Source: Mobula hypostoma
Lineage: Eukaryota
Reading direction: 5' to 3'
Assembly: GCF_963921235.1 (NCBI RefSeq)
Contig: NC_086101.1
Coordinates: 28,830,001-28,894,000, forward strand
DNA: 64,000 nt
Part shown: piece after piece, positions 11,667-25,708 of the stretch
Layout of the letters: each line of letters starts with the position of its first letter
Position numbering within the stretch: the first letter of the stretch is position 1
Translations under genes and position numbers: made by a program
Notes under the pieces: generated by a model
What the model was told of the DNA's origin: nothing
Databases searched by the model: none
What the model saw: the letters and a program-made list of their open reading frames with translations, nothing else

Positions 11667-12320
11667 ATAGAACATAGAATAGTACAGCACAGTACAGGCC
11701 CTTCGGCCCACAATGTTGTGCCGACCCTCAAACCCTGCCTCCCATATAAGCCCCTATCTTCAATTCCTCCATATACCTGTCTGGTAGTCTCTTAAACTTC
11801 ACTAGTGTATCTGCCTCCACCACTGACTCAGGCAGTGCATTCCACGCACCAACCACTCTCTGAGTAAAAAACCTTCCTCTAATATCACCCTTGAACTTCC
11901 CACCCCTTACCTTAAAGCCATGTCCTCTTGTATTGAGCAGTGGTGCCCTAGGGAAGAGGCGCTGGCTATCCACTCTATCTATTCCTCTTATTATCTTGTA
12001 CACCTCTATCATGTCTCCTCTCATCCTCCTTCTCTCCAAAGAGTAAAGCCCTAACTCCCTTAATCTCTGATCATAATGCATACTCTCTAAACCAGGCAGC
12101 ATCCTGGTAAATCTCTTCTGTACCATCTCCAATGCTCCCACATCCTTCCTATAGTGAGGCAACCAGAACTGGACACAGTACTCCAAGTGTGGCCTAACTA
12201 GAGTTTTATAGAGCTGCATCATTACATTGCGACTCTTAAACTCTATCCCTCGACTTATGAAAGCTAACACCCCATAAGCTTTCTTAACTAACCTATCCAC
12301 CTGTGAGGCAACTTTCAGGG
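11667..12320 (-). mobile_element. CR1 3' fragment
   Basis: ORF 11728..12300 (RPHLEYCVQFWLP); (CATAGAA) tail at 11667. Confidence 0.9.
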
Positions 12321-15146
12321 ATTAGTGAAACAATTAGTGAAATTTATGATGTTGTAGCAATTAGTGAAACTTGGCTACAGGAGGGGCAGGACTGGCAGCT
12401 TAATATTCCAGGGTTCCGATGTTTCAGATGTGATCGAGGCAGAGGAATGAAAGGTGGGGGAGTAGCATTGCTTGTTAGGGAAAATATTACAGCAGTGCTC
12501 AGGCAGGACAGATTAGAGGGCTTGTCTACTGATTCCTTATGGGTGGAGCTGAGAAACAGGAAAGGTACGGCCACATTAATGGGATTGTATTACAGACCAC
12601 CCAATAGTCAATGAGACTTGGAAGAGCAAATCTGCAGAGAGATAGCAGGCAACTGCAGGAAACATAAAGTTGTGGTGGTAGGAGATTTTAATTTTCCATA
12701 CATTGATTGGGACTCCCATACTGTTAGGGGTCTAGATGGTTTAGAGTTTGTAAAATGTGTTCAGGAAAGTTTTCTATATAGAGGGACCAACTAGAGGGGA
12801 TGCAATATTGGATCTCCTGTTAGGTAACGAATTAGGGCAAGTGACGGAAGTCTGGGTAGGGGAGCACTTTGGTTCCAGTGATCATAACACCACTAGTTTC
12901 AATTTGATCATGGACAAGGATAGATCTGGTCCTAGGGTTGAGGTTCTGAACTGGAAGAAGGCCAAATTTGAAGAAATGAGAAAGGATCTAAAAAGCGTGG
13001 ATTGGGACAGGTTGTTCTCTGGCAAAGATGTGATTGGTAGGTGGGAAGCCTTCAAAGGGGAAAATTTGAGAGTGCAGAGTTTGTATGTTCCTGTCAGGAT
13101 TAAAGGCAAATTGAATAGGAATAAGGAACCTTGGTTCTCAAGGGATATTGCAACTCTGATAAAGAAGAAGAGGGAGTTGTATGAAATGTATAGGAAACAG
13201 GGGGTAAATCAGGTGCTTGAGGAGTATAAGAAGTGCAAGAAAATACTTTAGAAAGAAATCAGGAGGGCTAAAAGAAGACATGAGGTTGCCTTGGCAGTCA
13301 AAGTGAAGGATAATCCAAAGAGCCTTTACAAGTATATTAAGAGCAAAAGGATTGTAAGGGATAAAATTGGTCCTCTCGAAGATCAGAGTGGTCGGCTTTG
13401 TGCAGAACCAAAGGAAATGGGGGAGATCTTAAATAGGTTTTTGCGTCTGTATTTACTAAGGAAGCCGGATTGAAATCTATGGAATTGAGGGAATCAAGTA
13501 GTGAGACCATGGAAAGTGTACAGATTAAAAAGGAGGAGGTGCTTGCTGTCTTGAGGAAAATTAAAGTGGATAAATCCCCAGCACCTGACAAAGTGTTCCC
13601 TCGGACCTTGAAGGAGACTAGTGTTGAAATTGCGGGGGCCCTGGCAGAAATATTTAAAATGTCGCTGTCTACGGGTGAAGTGCCGGAGGATTGGAGAGTG
13701 GCTCATGTTGTTCCGTTGTTTAAAAAAGGATCGAAAAGTAATCGGGGAAATTATAGGCCGGTGAGTTTAACGTCAGTAGTAGGTAAGTTATTGGAGGGAG
13801 TACTAAGAGACAGAATCTACAAGCATTTGGATAGACAGGGGCTTATTAGGGAGAGTCAACATGGCTTTGTGCGTGGTAGGTCATGTTTGACCAATCTGTT
13901 GGAGTTTTTCGAGGAGGTTACCAGGAAAGTGGATGAAGGGAAGGCAGTGGATATTGTCTACGTGGATTTCAGTAAGGCCTTTGACAAGGTCCCACATGGG
14001 ACGTTAGCTCAGAAAATTTAGTCGCTAGGTATACATGGAGAGGTGGTAAATTGGATTTGACATTGGCTCAATGGAAGAAGCCAGAGAGTGGTGGTAGAGA
14101 ACTGCTTCTCTGAGTGGAGGCCTGTGACTAGTGGTGTCACAGGGATCACAGGGATCAGTGCTGGGTCCATTGTTATTTGTCATCTATATCAATGATCTGG
14201 ATGATAATGTGGTAAATTGGATCAGCAAGTTTGCTGATGATACAAAAATTGGAGGTGTAGTAGACAGTGAGGAAGGTTTTCAGAGCCTGCAGAGGGACTT
14301 GGACCAGTTGGAAAAATGGGCTGATAAATGGCAGATGGAGTTTAATACTGACAAGTGAGAGGTATTGCACGTTGGAAGGACAAACCAGCGTAGAACATAT
14401 AGGGTTAATGGTAAGGCACTGAGGAGTGCAGTGGAACAGAGGGATCTGGGAATACAGATACAAAATTCCCTAAAAGTGTCATCACAGGTAGATAGGGTTG
14501 TAAAGAGAGCTTTTGGTACATTGGCCTTTATTAATCGAAGTATTGAGTATAAGAGCTGGAATGTTATGATGAGTTTGTATAAGGCATTGGTGAGGCCGAA
14601 TCTGGAGTATTGTGTTCAGTTTTGGTCACCAAATTACAGGAAGGATATAAATAAGGTTGAAAGAGTGCAGAGAAGGTTTACAAGGATGTTGCCGGGACTT
14701 GAGAAACTCAGTTACAGAGAAAGGTTGAATAGGTTAGGACTTTATTCCCTGGAGCATAGAAGAATGAGGGGAGATTTGATAGAGGTATATAAAATTATGA
14801 TGGGTATAGATAGAGTGAATGCAAGCAGGCTTTTTCCACTGAGGCAAGGGGAGAAAAAAACCAGAGGACATGGGTTAAGGGTGAGGGGGGAAAAGTTTAA
14901 AGGGAACATTAGTGGGGGCTTCTTCACACAGAGAGTGGTGGGAGTATGGAATGAGCTGCCAGACGAGGTGGTAAGTGCGGGTTCCTTTTTAACATTTAAG
15001 AATAAATTGGACAGATACATGGATGGGAGGTGTATGGAGGGATATGGTCCGTGTGCAGGTCAGTGGGACTAGGCAGAAAATGGATCGGCACAGCCAAGAA
15101 GGGCCAAAAGGCCTGTTTCTGTGCTGTAGTTTCTATGGTTTCTATG
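12321..15146 (+). mobile_element. CR1 ORF2 (EN to RT to 3' tail), 5'-truncated, with stops
   Basis: ORFs 12303..12614, 12757..13251, 13470..14021, 14131..14358 (FADD) and 14365..15072; tail tttctatggtttctatg. Confidence 0.95.
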
Positions 15147-17225
15147 GATCTGTGTACATGTACCCCCAGATCCCTCTGCTCCTCCATACTACCAAGTATC
15201 CTGCCATTTACTTTGTACTTTGCCTTGGAGTTTGTCCTCCTAAATTGTACCACCTTACACTTCTCTGGGTTGAACTCCATCAGCCACTTCTCAGCCCACT
15301 TCTGTATCCTATCAATGTCTCTCTGCAATCTTTGACAATCCTCTACACTATCTACAACACCACCAACCTTAGTGTCATCTGCAAACTTGCCAACCCACCC
15401 TTCTACTTCCATATCCAGGTCGTTAATAAAAATCATGAAAAGTAGAGGCCCAGAACAGATCCTTGTGGGATACCACAAGTCACAATCCTCAAATCTGAAT
15501 GTACTCCCTCCACCATGACCCTCTGCCTTCTGCAGGCAAGCCAATTCTGAATCCACCTGGCCAAACTTCCCTGGATCCCATGCCTTCTGACTTTCTGTAT
15601 AAGCCTACCCTGTGGAACCTTGTCAAATGCCTTACAAAAATCGACATAGATCACATCCACTGCACTACCCTCACCTATATGCCTGGTCACCTCCTCAAAG
15701 AACTCTATCAGGCTTGTTAGACATGATCTACCCTTCACAAAGCCATGCTGACTGTCCCTGATCAGACCATGATTCTCGAAATGCCCAGAGATCCTATCTC
15801 TAAGAATCTTTTCCAACAGCTTTCCTACCACAAACATAAGGCTCACTGGTCTATAATTACCCGGACTATCCCTACTACCTTTTCTGAACAAGGGGACAAC
15901 ATTCGCCTCCCTCCAATCCTCCGGTACCATTCCCGTGGACAATGAGAACATAAAAATCTTAGCCAGAGGCTCAGTGATCTATTCCCTCGCCTCCTGAAGC
16001 AGCCTGGGGAATATTCCGTCAGGCCCCGGGGACTTATCCGTCCTAATGTATTTTAACAACTCCAACACCTCCTCTCCCTTAATATCAACATGCTCCAGAA
16101 CATCAACCCCACTCATATTGTCCTCACCATCAAGTTCCTTCTCATTGGTGAATACCGAAGAGAAGTATTCATTGAGGACCTCGCTCAGTTCCACAGCCTC
16201 CAGGCACATCTTCCCACCTTTATCTCTAATCAGTCCTACCTTCACTCCTGTCATCCTTTTTTTCTTCACATAATTGAAGAATGCCTTGGGGTCTTTCTTT
16301 ACCCTACTTGCCAAGGCCTCCTCATGCCCCCTTCTTGCTCTTCTCAACCCCTTCTTAAGCTCCTTTCTTGCTTCCCGAGATTCCTCAATAGACCCATCTG
16401 ATCCCTGCTTCCTAACCCTCATGTATGCTGCCTTCTTCCACCTGACTAGATTTTCCACCTCGCCTGACACCCATGGTTCCTTCACCCTACCATTCTTTAT
16501 CTTCCTCACTGAGACAAATTTATCCCTAACATCCTGCAAGAGATCTCTAAACATCGACCACATGTCCATAGTATATTTCCCTGCAAAAACATCATCCCAA
16601 TTCACACCCGCAAGTTCTAGCCTTATAGCCTCATAATTTGCCCTTCCCCAATTGAAAATTTTCCTGTCCTCTCTGATTCTATCCTTTTCCATCATAATGC
16701 TAAAGGCCATGGAGTGGTGGTCACTGTCCCCCAGATGCTCACCCACTGAGAGATTTGTGAGCTGCCCCGTTTCATCACCTAGTACTAGATCTAGTGTGGC
16801 ATTCCCCCTAGTCGGCTTGTCCACATACTGTGACAGGAATCTGTCCTGGACACTTTTGACAATCACTGCCCCATCTAAACCCTTGGAACTAATCAAGTGT
16901 CAATCAATATTAGGGAAGTTAAAGTCACCCACGATAACAACCCTGTTATTTTTGCATCTTTCCAAAATCTTCCTCCCAATCTGCTCCTCTGTATCTCTGC
17001 TGCTACCAGGGGGCCTATAGAATACCCCCAATAGAGTAACTGCTCCCTTCCTGTTCCTGACTTCCACCCAAACTGACTCAAAAGAGGATCCTGCTACATT
17101 ACCCACCCTTTCTGTAGCTGTAATAGTATCCCGGACCAGTAATGCCACCCCTCCTCCCCTTTTTCCACACTCTCTATCCCTTTTAAAGCACTGAAATCCA
17201 GGAATATTGAGAATCCATTCCTTCC
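15147..17225 (-). mobile_element. CR1 ORF2 fragments (EN and RT), internally deleted
   Basis: Minus ORFs 14996..15556 (FADD), 15433..15951, 15979..16896 and 16900..17355 (GDFNFPNID). Confidence 0.9.
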
Positions 17226-20200
17226 CGGAAGGTTTGGTGGGACCCCGATCCAGTGTGTCGATCCGGATAGAAGGGATAGGTGCAAAAGCCATACTCGACA
17301 CCAGGTCACAGGTCACATTACTGTACCGTCGTTCTACAATCAGTATCTGGCGCATTTACCCCTGACACCTTTCAGTGCACTGGAAATTTGGGGTATCCGT
17401 AATGGTGATTACCCGTACGATGGCTATTTGTGTGTGAAATTGGAGTTCCTGGAAGCTGAGCTGGGGTGTCTGAGGCTCATGAGGCCCTGGTACTGGTTTG
17501 CCCAAACCCCAGTGAGATGCTGGGGGGGTGAGGGGGGGCTGTCAATTCTGGTGGGGACCAACAGCCCTATTGTGCGGAGACTCCTGGGAGCCTAGAAGGA
17601 GAAGGTGGGTGAAGACTTTTTGGAGACCCTGTCGATGCACCCAGTGTTCTGAGCTGCTTTTGAGGAAGTGTGGGGTCACCCTGGGTGGGACACAGCGTGT
17701 GAATGAGGCACTGTGTGGTGTGCCCAGTCGAAGACCAGGGTGGTACAGCCGGGTGAAGTAGCAAGAGTGATGGGGATCCCTCGATTCCTGGGAGTGCTTG
17801 AGGGTGAAGCCCTTTTAGTGGACACCCTGGAAGATCTCAAGGGGGAGTCGAGATTCCCTGCTGGGGTTCTGTTGAGACACGAGTTGCAGAAGCTCTCGGT
17901 GGTACAGACTAGTGTGATCATCAGGAACACTACGGCATGGGAGGTCACCTTCAAGCGAGGAATGCCTCTGGCGCATTTGTTCCAGGTTACGGTGATGCAC
18001 AACGCCCCCGTGAGGCCAGTTGGGGGAGAGCTGTCGGGAAAAAGGCGCAAGTTGACCGCTGAAGCTTTGAACTTTGGGGCATCACCTGTGCTGGAGGCTT
18101 GGAAGCGGAGGCTGTTGGAGAAGATGTTGACGATGGCAGATGTTATTTCCCTTGAAGAGTTTGATGTGGGTTGATCCAGGAGCACTCGCCACACCATACG
18201 GGTGACTGAGGATAGTCCGTTTAGGGAACGATCACGGCGCCTGGCCCCTGCAGACGTGGAAGATGTGCGGCAGTATTTGGGTAAATTGAAGGAGGCTGGG
18301 ATCATCACGGATTCCTGAAGCCCTTATGCATCTCCTATCGTAGTGGCCCGAAAGAAGAATGGGAAGGTTCGTGTGTGTGTGGACTATGGAACACTGAACA
18401 GGCACACGGTCCCTGATCAGTACACGGTCAATAGACAATAGACAATAGGTGCAGGTGTAGGCCATTCAGCCCTTTGAGCCAGCACCACCATTCACTGTGA
18501 TCATGGCTGATCATCCAGAATCAGTACCCTTTTCCTGCCTTCTCCCCATATCCCTTCACTCCGTTATCTTTGAGAGCTCTATCTAACTCTTTTTTGAAAA
18601 AATCCAGAGAATTGGCCTCCACTGACTTCTGAGGCAAAGCATTCCACAGAACCACAACCCTCTGTGTGAAAAAGTTTTTCCTCTATTCCGTTCTAAATTG
18701 TCTGCCCCTTATTCTTAAACTGTGGCCTCTGGTTCTGGACTCCCCCAACATTGGGAACATGTTTCCTGCCTCTAACTTACAAATCTTATATGTTTCAATC
18801 AGATCCCCTCTCATCCTTCTAAATTCCAGTGTATACAACCCCATTCGCTCCAATCTTTGGTCCCACGGGCTGAAGATGCACTGGCCTGTCTGAGTGGGGC
18901 GAAGTGGTTTAGCATGTTGGACTTGAGGAGTGGGTATTTCCAGATCCTGATGAGTGAGGCCGATAAGGAGAAGACAGCCTTTATATGCCCTCTGGGATTT
19001 TACCAGTTTGAAAGGATACCCCAGGGCATATTGGGGGCCCCTGCCACTTTCCAGAAGGGTTACGGAGAAGACAGTTGGGGATATGCACTAACTCAAAGTG
19101 CTGGTATATTTGGATGACCTCATAGTATTTGGATCCACCTTGGAAGAACACGAAGCGAGACTGATGAAGGTGCTCAACTGGCTGAAGCAGGAAGGGTTAA
19201 AACTTTCCCTGGACAAGTACCAGTTCTGCCAGACATCTGTTGGCTATGTTGGACACATCGTCTCGCAGATTTGGAGTAGCTGCAGACCCGGCTAAGAGAA
19301 AAGCGGTGACCTCCTGGTCGAGGCCCCAGACCATGAGTGCTCTGTGCTCGTTCCTGAGGTTCTGTGGGTACTATCGGAGGTTCGTGAAGGGCTATGCCAA
19401 GGTAAGTTATGTCTTGAATCAACTTCTGCGTGGCTACCCGCCCCCCCCCCCCCACCCGGGATAGAGGGGGAAAGGGAGGAAAGGACGGGAGTTTGGAGAA
19501 TATTTCAACCAGTCAGATTCCTTCAGACAGAGGTGGAATGGCCAATGTGAAGCGGCTTTCCAGTCACTGAAGGAGATGCTGACTCAGGCGCCGGTACTGC
19601 CTTCTGCAGACCCACGACTGCCCTACGTGCTACACACTGACACCAGCCATGAGGGGTTAGGGGCCGTTTTATACCAGGATCAGGGAGCTGGCCTGAGGTC
19701 TGTGGCTTTTGTCGGCCGGAGTTTGTCACCCTGGGAGAGAAACTATCCCACTCATAACTTGGAGTTCCTGGCGTTGAAATGGGCCGTGGTGGATAAGCTG
19801 AGTGACTATCTCTACGCGGCCAAGTTTGAGATGAGGATAGACAACAACCCACTCACCTGCATCCTGACCTTGGCGAAACAGGATGCCACAGGCCGCCACA
19901 GGCCATCGGTGGCCGGCTGCTTTGTCTGTGGATGGTTTCAGCCTGAAGTACCGGCCGGGGAGCCGGAATGTCGCCGCAGATGCGCTGTCCCGACGGGGCC
20001 ATGAGGAGCCGGGGAGGGACGAGGAGTGGGAGAGTGTCGCTGCATCCGGGGTGAAGGCAATGTACCAGTTTGCTATCACCGTGCAGGCTGAGGAGAAGGA
20101 GAGGCCGGATCGAGCAGTGGACTCATTGGGGGCATCTGATGACACCCTGCCCCAAGATTACTGTGACCTGACTGCTCTGAAGACCACGCAGCTGCCGGGG

Positions 20201-21493
20201 TTGAGCCCTGGGGGAGTGGCTGCTGCTCAGCGAGATGACCCGGACATTGGCCCTGTCTGGCATGCCGTGGAAGAGGGGGATGTGACACGGGCGGAGAAGG
20301 CTAAGCACGTCTCAGGGTCTCTGTTACTGAGAGAATGGCTTCCGCTGAGGTTGAAGAACCAAATGTTATACTGTACCGGGTAACGTCACCCCCAGATCGA
20401 CCTCGTTGTTGGCAGCTGGTCCTGCCGGAGAAGTATCGGAAGGTTGTGTTGAAGTCATTCCATTATGACTCTGGACGTTGGGGGTGGAAAAAACCTATGG
20501 TTTGCTCAAGGATCGGTTTTACTGGCCCCAGATGAGGACGGAGGTTGAAGAGTACTGCAAGTCCTGCATTCGTTGCAAACGGCGGGAAGACGCTGCCCGG
20601 GCAGCTGCCCCTTTGTCCCACTTGCAGAGTGTGGGGCCTTTGGACCTGGTGTGTATGGATTTCCTGGCCATAGAACCCGATGCCAGCAACACGGAGAATG
20701 TCTTGGTCATCACGGGCCACTACAGCAGGTATGCTCAAGCTTTTCCTACCAAGGATCAGAGGGCGATCACAGTGGCGAAAGTGCTCTGGGAGAAGTATTT
20801 TGTGCATTATGGCCTTCCTCGGCAGATACATAGTGATCAGGGACGAGACTTTCAGAGTAAGCTCATCTATGAGTTACTGGGCATGCTGGGGGTTGAGAAA
20901 TCGAGGACACGACCTATCATCTGCAGGGCGATCCCCAGCCGGAAAGATTCAATTGGCGGCTGCTAGACATGCTCGGGACTCTGGAGATCAGCAAAAAGAA
21001 TCGTTGGAGTCGACATATTGGGCATCTAGTTCACTGTTACAACTGTACACGCAATGAAGCTACTGGTTACTCTCCCTATTGTCTTATGTTTGGGCGTGAG
21101 GCAAGGTTGCCCATTGACCTTTGTTTCGGGACTGATGCGGATGAGGTATCGCCGAAGCCTTACCTGAAGTTTGAGTCTGATATGAGGAAAGAGCGGGAAA
21201 GAGTTTACGAGTTGGCCAGGGAGGCGGCCGCCCGGCAGAATCGGGGAAATAAGAGGAGGTATGACCAGAAAGTAAAATTCTCTCAACTTCTACCGGGAGA
21301 CCGAGTCCTCATCAGGAATCTGGGATTACCGGGAAAACACAAACTGTCTGATCACTGGGCAGCCACGCCCTATGTGGTGCAGAGTCAGATGCCAAACCTG
21401 CCGGTTGTTCGGGTGCGGCCCAAGGATGGAAAAGGGCCTGTCAGGATCCTTCATGGGAATCACCTGTTGCCCTTGGGGCAAATTTACAGGTAG
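17226..21493 (+). pseudogene. pol: Gypsy pol: protease, RT, RNase H, integrase (multiple frameshifts/stops)
   Basis: AILDTRSQVT (protease, ~17290), WFSMLDLRSGYFQ and VYLDD (RT), LHTDTS...LEFLALKWAV (RNase H), CKSCIRC / VCMDF / IHSDQGRDF (integrase). Confidence 0.92.
18430..18858 (-). mobile_element. Short CR1 3' fragment inserted in Gypsy RT
   Basis: Splits PDQYTV|PRAEDAL; flanked by GGTC on both sides; (CAATAGA)n tail. Confidence 0.85.
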
Positions 21494-22054
21494 AGCGAGA
21501 GCCTGACGGGGCGGCTGCACCCAATACCAGGACTCTGCATCCCCTCAGGTTGGAGGACGTGCCTACCCCGGGAGAGACGGGCCTGAGCCCAGCCCCTTTG
21601 AGGGATACCGATTCGGAGGATGATGACTGGGATGGTTGGTACATTCTGCCGTTCGCTGATGCTCCTGTGATGGAGGCAGAGACTCCTGACCTTTCCCCCA
21701 CTGGGTTAGACGGGGCTAATGTGGGGCAGTCCGTGGTACCGCAGGGCGCTGAAGCAGAGACAGAGGGTTCCGAGGTGCAGAGGGGCCTGGGTGACCGCGC
21801 GGGGGAGGATTCGCCTCGTAGTTTTAAAGGGTCCCCTGTAGTGCCCGAAGCGGAAGGGTTAGAAGATGGGGTACGTAGGTCTCAGAGAAGTCGGAAACCC
21901 CCAGAGAGGTTGGCCTAGGTAGCACCCAGGGAACAAGGTGTGATCTCTACCATTTTGGGGAGTCAGATCACTGCTTTCTGCACGTGGATTGGATTGTGTG
22001 TTCTGCAGGAAGGGATGGCGAATTATCTGAGCGTCATGGGGCATGAAATAATTC

Positions 22055-22068
22055 GGTGGGGGGGAGAA
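22055..22068 (+). other. Polypurine tract of the Gypsy element
   Basis: GGTGGGGGGGAGAA immediately before the 3' LTR. Confidence 0.8.
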
Positions 22069-25000
22069 AGTAGGGTTCTCAGTAATACTAGACGGACAGT
22101 TAACTGTTAATTGCTTACTACCAAAGTGGCTTCTCTGAAGTGTTATACTAAAATGGCTTCTCGTACTGCTAACTGCTGAGCCGGGGGTTCTGTGTAACCG
22201 CATGTTTAGGTTATACTTAGTGATAATGGAAATGGTATTCATTTGTTAGCCAATGGAAGTCATGTTATGTTATCTTGTATGTGTGTGCTGAGTTGAGGAG
22301 CGCGGGCTTTTTCGGAAGGCGAGCAGAGAGGACAGACGTGCGGGGAACGGACAGCGGTTCCAGGACGGCAGATACCGGACCTCGTGGGTTCGGATGGTGG
22401 CCGGAGTCTCGTAAGGAAGTTGTGGATGGAACCGGAGGCGTGAGCTCCAACGTATTAAAACATTATATGCACTAGACATAGAAGCATAGAAACATAGAAA
22501 ATAGCTGCAGGAGTAGGCCATTCGGCCCTTCGAGCCTGCACCGCCATTTAATATGATCATGGCTGATCATCCAACTCAGAACCCTGCCCCAGCCTTCCCT
22601 CCATACCCCCTGATCCCCGTAGCCACAAGGGCCATATCTAAATCCCTCTTAAGTATAGCCAATGAACTGGCCTCAACTGTTTCCTGTGGCAGAGAATTCC
22701 ACAGATTCACCACTCTGTGTGAAGAAGTTTTTCCTAATCTTGGTGCTAAAAGGCTTCCCCTTTATACTCAAACTGTGACCCCTCGTTCTGGACTCCCCCA
22801 ACATCGGGAACAATCTTCCTGCATCGAGCCTGTCCAATCCCCTTAGGATTTTATACGTTTCAATCAGATCCCCCCTCAATCTTCTAAATTCCAACGAGTA
22901 CAAGCCCAGTTCATCCAGTCTTTCTTCATAATAAAGTCCTGCCATTCCAGGAATCAATCTGGTGAACCTTCTTTGTACTCCCTCTATGGCAAGGATGTCT
23001 TTCCTCAGATTAGGGGGCCAAAACTGCACACAATACTACAGGTGTGGTCTCACCAAGGCCTTGTACAACTGCAGTAGTACCTCCCTGCTCCTGTACTCGA
23101 ATCCTTTTGCTCTGAATGCCAGCATACCATTCGCCTTTTTCACCGCCTGCTGTACCTGCATGCCCACTTTCAATGATTGGTGTATAATGACAGCCAGGTC
23201 TCGTTGCACCTCCCCTTTTCCTAATCGGCCACCATTCAGATAATAATCTGTTTTCCTATTTTTGCCACCAAAGTGGATAACTTCACATTTATCCACATTA
23301 AATTGCATCTGCCATGAATTTGCCCACTCACCCAACCTATCCAAGTCACTCTGCATCCTCTTAGCATCCTCCTCACAGCTAACACTGCCACCCAGCTTCG
23401 TGTCATCCGCAAACTTGGAGATGCTGCATTTAATTCCCTCATCCAAGTCATTAATATATATTGTAAACAACTGGGGTCCCAGCACTGAGCCTTGCGGTAC
23501 CCCACTAGTCACCGCCTGCCATTCTGAAAAGGTCCCGTTTATTCCCACTCTTTGCTTCCTGTCTGCTAACCAATTCTCTATCCACATCAATACCTTACCC
23601 CCAATACCATGTGCTTTAAGTTTGCACACTAATCTCCTGTGTGGGACCTTGTCAAAAGCCTTTTGAAAATCTAAATATACCACATCCACTGGCTCTCCCC
23701 TATCCACTCTACTAGTTACATCCTCAAAAAATTCTATGAGATTCGTCAGACATGATTTTCCTTTCACAAATCCATGCTGACTTTGTCCGATGATTTCACT
23801 GCTTTCCAAATGTGCTGTTATCACATCTTTGATAACTGACTCCAGCAGTTTCCCCACCACCGATGTTAGGCTAACCGGTCTATAAATCCCTGGTTTCTCT
23901 CTCCCTCCTTTTTTAAAAAGTGGGGTTACATTAGCTACCCTCCAATCCTCAGGAACTAGTCCAGAATCTAACGAGTTTTGAAAAATTATCACTAATGCAT
24001 CCACTATTTCTTGGGCTACTTCCTTAAGCACTCTGGGATGCAGACCATCTGGCCCTGGGGATTTATCTGCCTTCAATCCCTTCAATTTACCTAACACCAC
24101 TTCCCTACTAACATGTATTTCACTCAGTTCCTCCATCTCACTGGACCCTCTGTCCCCTACTATTTCCAGAAGATTATTTATGTCCTCCTTAGTGAAGACA
24201 GAACCAAAGTAATTATTCAATTGGTCTGCCTTGTCCTTGCTCCCCATAATCAATTCACCTGTTTCTGTCTGTAGGGGACCTACATTTGTCTTTACCAGTC
24301 TTTTCCTTTTTACATATCTATAAAAGCTTTTACAGTCAGTTTTTATGTTTCCTGCCAGTTTTCTCTCATAATCTTTTTTCCCCTTCCTAATTGAGCCCTT
24401 TGTCCTCCTCTGCTGAACTCTGAATTTCTCCCAGTCCTCAGGTGAGCCACTTTTTCTGGCTAATTTGTATGCTTCTTCTTTGGAATTGATACTATCCCTA
24501 ATTTCTCTTGTCAGCCACGGGTGCACTACCTTCCTTGATTTATTCTTTTGCCAAACTGGGATGAACAATTGTTGTAGTTCATCCATGCAACCTTTAAATG
24601 CTTGCCATTGCATATCCACCGTCAATCCTTTAAGTGTCATTTGCCAGTCTATCTTAGCTAATTCACGTCTCATACCTTCAAAGTTACCCCCCTTTAAGTT
24701 CAGAACCTTTGTTTCTGAATTAACTATGTCACTCTCCATCTTAATGAAGAATTCCACCATATTATGGTCACTCTTACGCAAGGGGCCTCTCACGACAAGA
24801 TTGCTAATTATCCCTTCCTCATTGCTCAAAACCAAGTCCAGAATACCCTGCTCTCTAGTTTGTTCCTTGACATGTTGGTTCAAAAAACCATCCTGCATAC
24901 ATTCCAAGAAATCCTCTTCCTCAGCACCTTTACCAACTTGGTTCACCCAATCTACACATAGATTGAAGTCACCCATTATAACTGCTGTTCCTTTATTGCA

Positions 25001-25457
25001 CACATTTCTAATTTCCTGTTTAATACCATCTCTGACCTCACTACTACTGTTAGGTGGCCTGTACACAACTCCCACCAGCGTTTTCTGCCCCTTAGTGTTA
25101 CACAGCTCTACCCATATAGATTCCACATCTTCCCGGCTTATGTCCTTCCTTTCTATTGCATTAATCTCCTCTCTAACCAGCAACGCCACCCCACCTCCTT
25201 TTCTTTCATGACTGGTGTTAGACTGATAAGTTACTTATGTGGCGCCTTTTCTTTCAGTTGTTGCTACTAACCCATCACCAAAACTTGCTATGAAGCATAG
25301 TTCTTTACTCGCACTTGATATATTGTTTGATATTTGTGTCGTGGCTGATCATTGGGTGCCTCACACCGTATCCGCACCAAAGCATTTGCACTGTATGGCG
25401 GGGTCGATGGTTATTCACCCTAGGCAACGGGAGTCAGTTGGGGCAAAGGCCGTTATA
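22069..25457 (+). repeat. 3' LTR, split by a CR1 into 22069-22477 and 25213-25457
   Basis: The two halves match consecutive parts of the 5' LTR and end CCGTTATA followed by the TSD CACA. Confidence 0.9.
22478..25212 (-). mobile_element. CR1 LINE, 5'-truncated, long intact ORF2 segment
   Basis: ORF 23036..25189 (717 aa, partial EN plus RT with FADD) and 22673..23029; (CATAGAAA) tail. Confidence 0.95.
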
Positions 25458-25708
25458 CACAGATGGCTCCCAGCTGCCAGGGTCTGAGATGTTTCTGGAC
25501 GCGTCCACAATATCCTGAAAAGGGAGGGTGAACAGAGAGAAGCCGTGGTACATATTGGTGTCAATGATTTAGGAAGGAAAAGGGACGAAGTCCTGAGAAA
25601 AGAATACAGGAGTTAGGAAGGAAGCTGAGGAGCAGGACCTCAGGAGTAGTAAAATCTCAGGATTGCGCCTGTTCCACGTGACAGTGAGGATGGGAATAGA
25701 ATGAGGAG

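Larger units (their letters stand above)
9498..25457 (+). mobile_element. Ty3/Gypsy LTR retrotransposon, complete but decayed and interrupted by CR1 insertions
   Basis: Two homologous LTRs, 4-bp TSD CACA (9494-9497 and 25458-25461), PBS, gag, PR-RT-RH-IN order, PPT. Confidence 0.95.

Noticed and set aside
22478-22500. (CATAGAAA)n and similar short arrays as CRISPR or regulatory repeats
   Set aside because: These are CR1 3' microsatellite tails with no spacers.
23036-25189. 717-aa ORF as a host gene
   Set aside because: It is CR1 ORF2 (EN-RT), 5'-truncated and inserted in an LTR.
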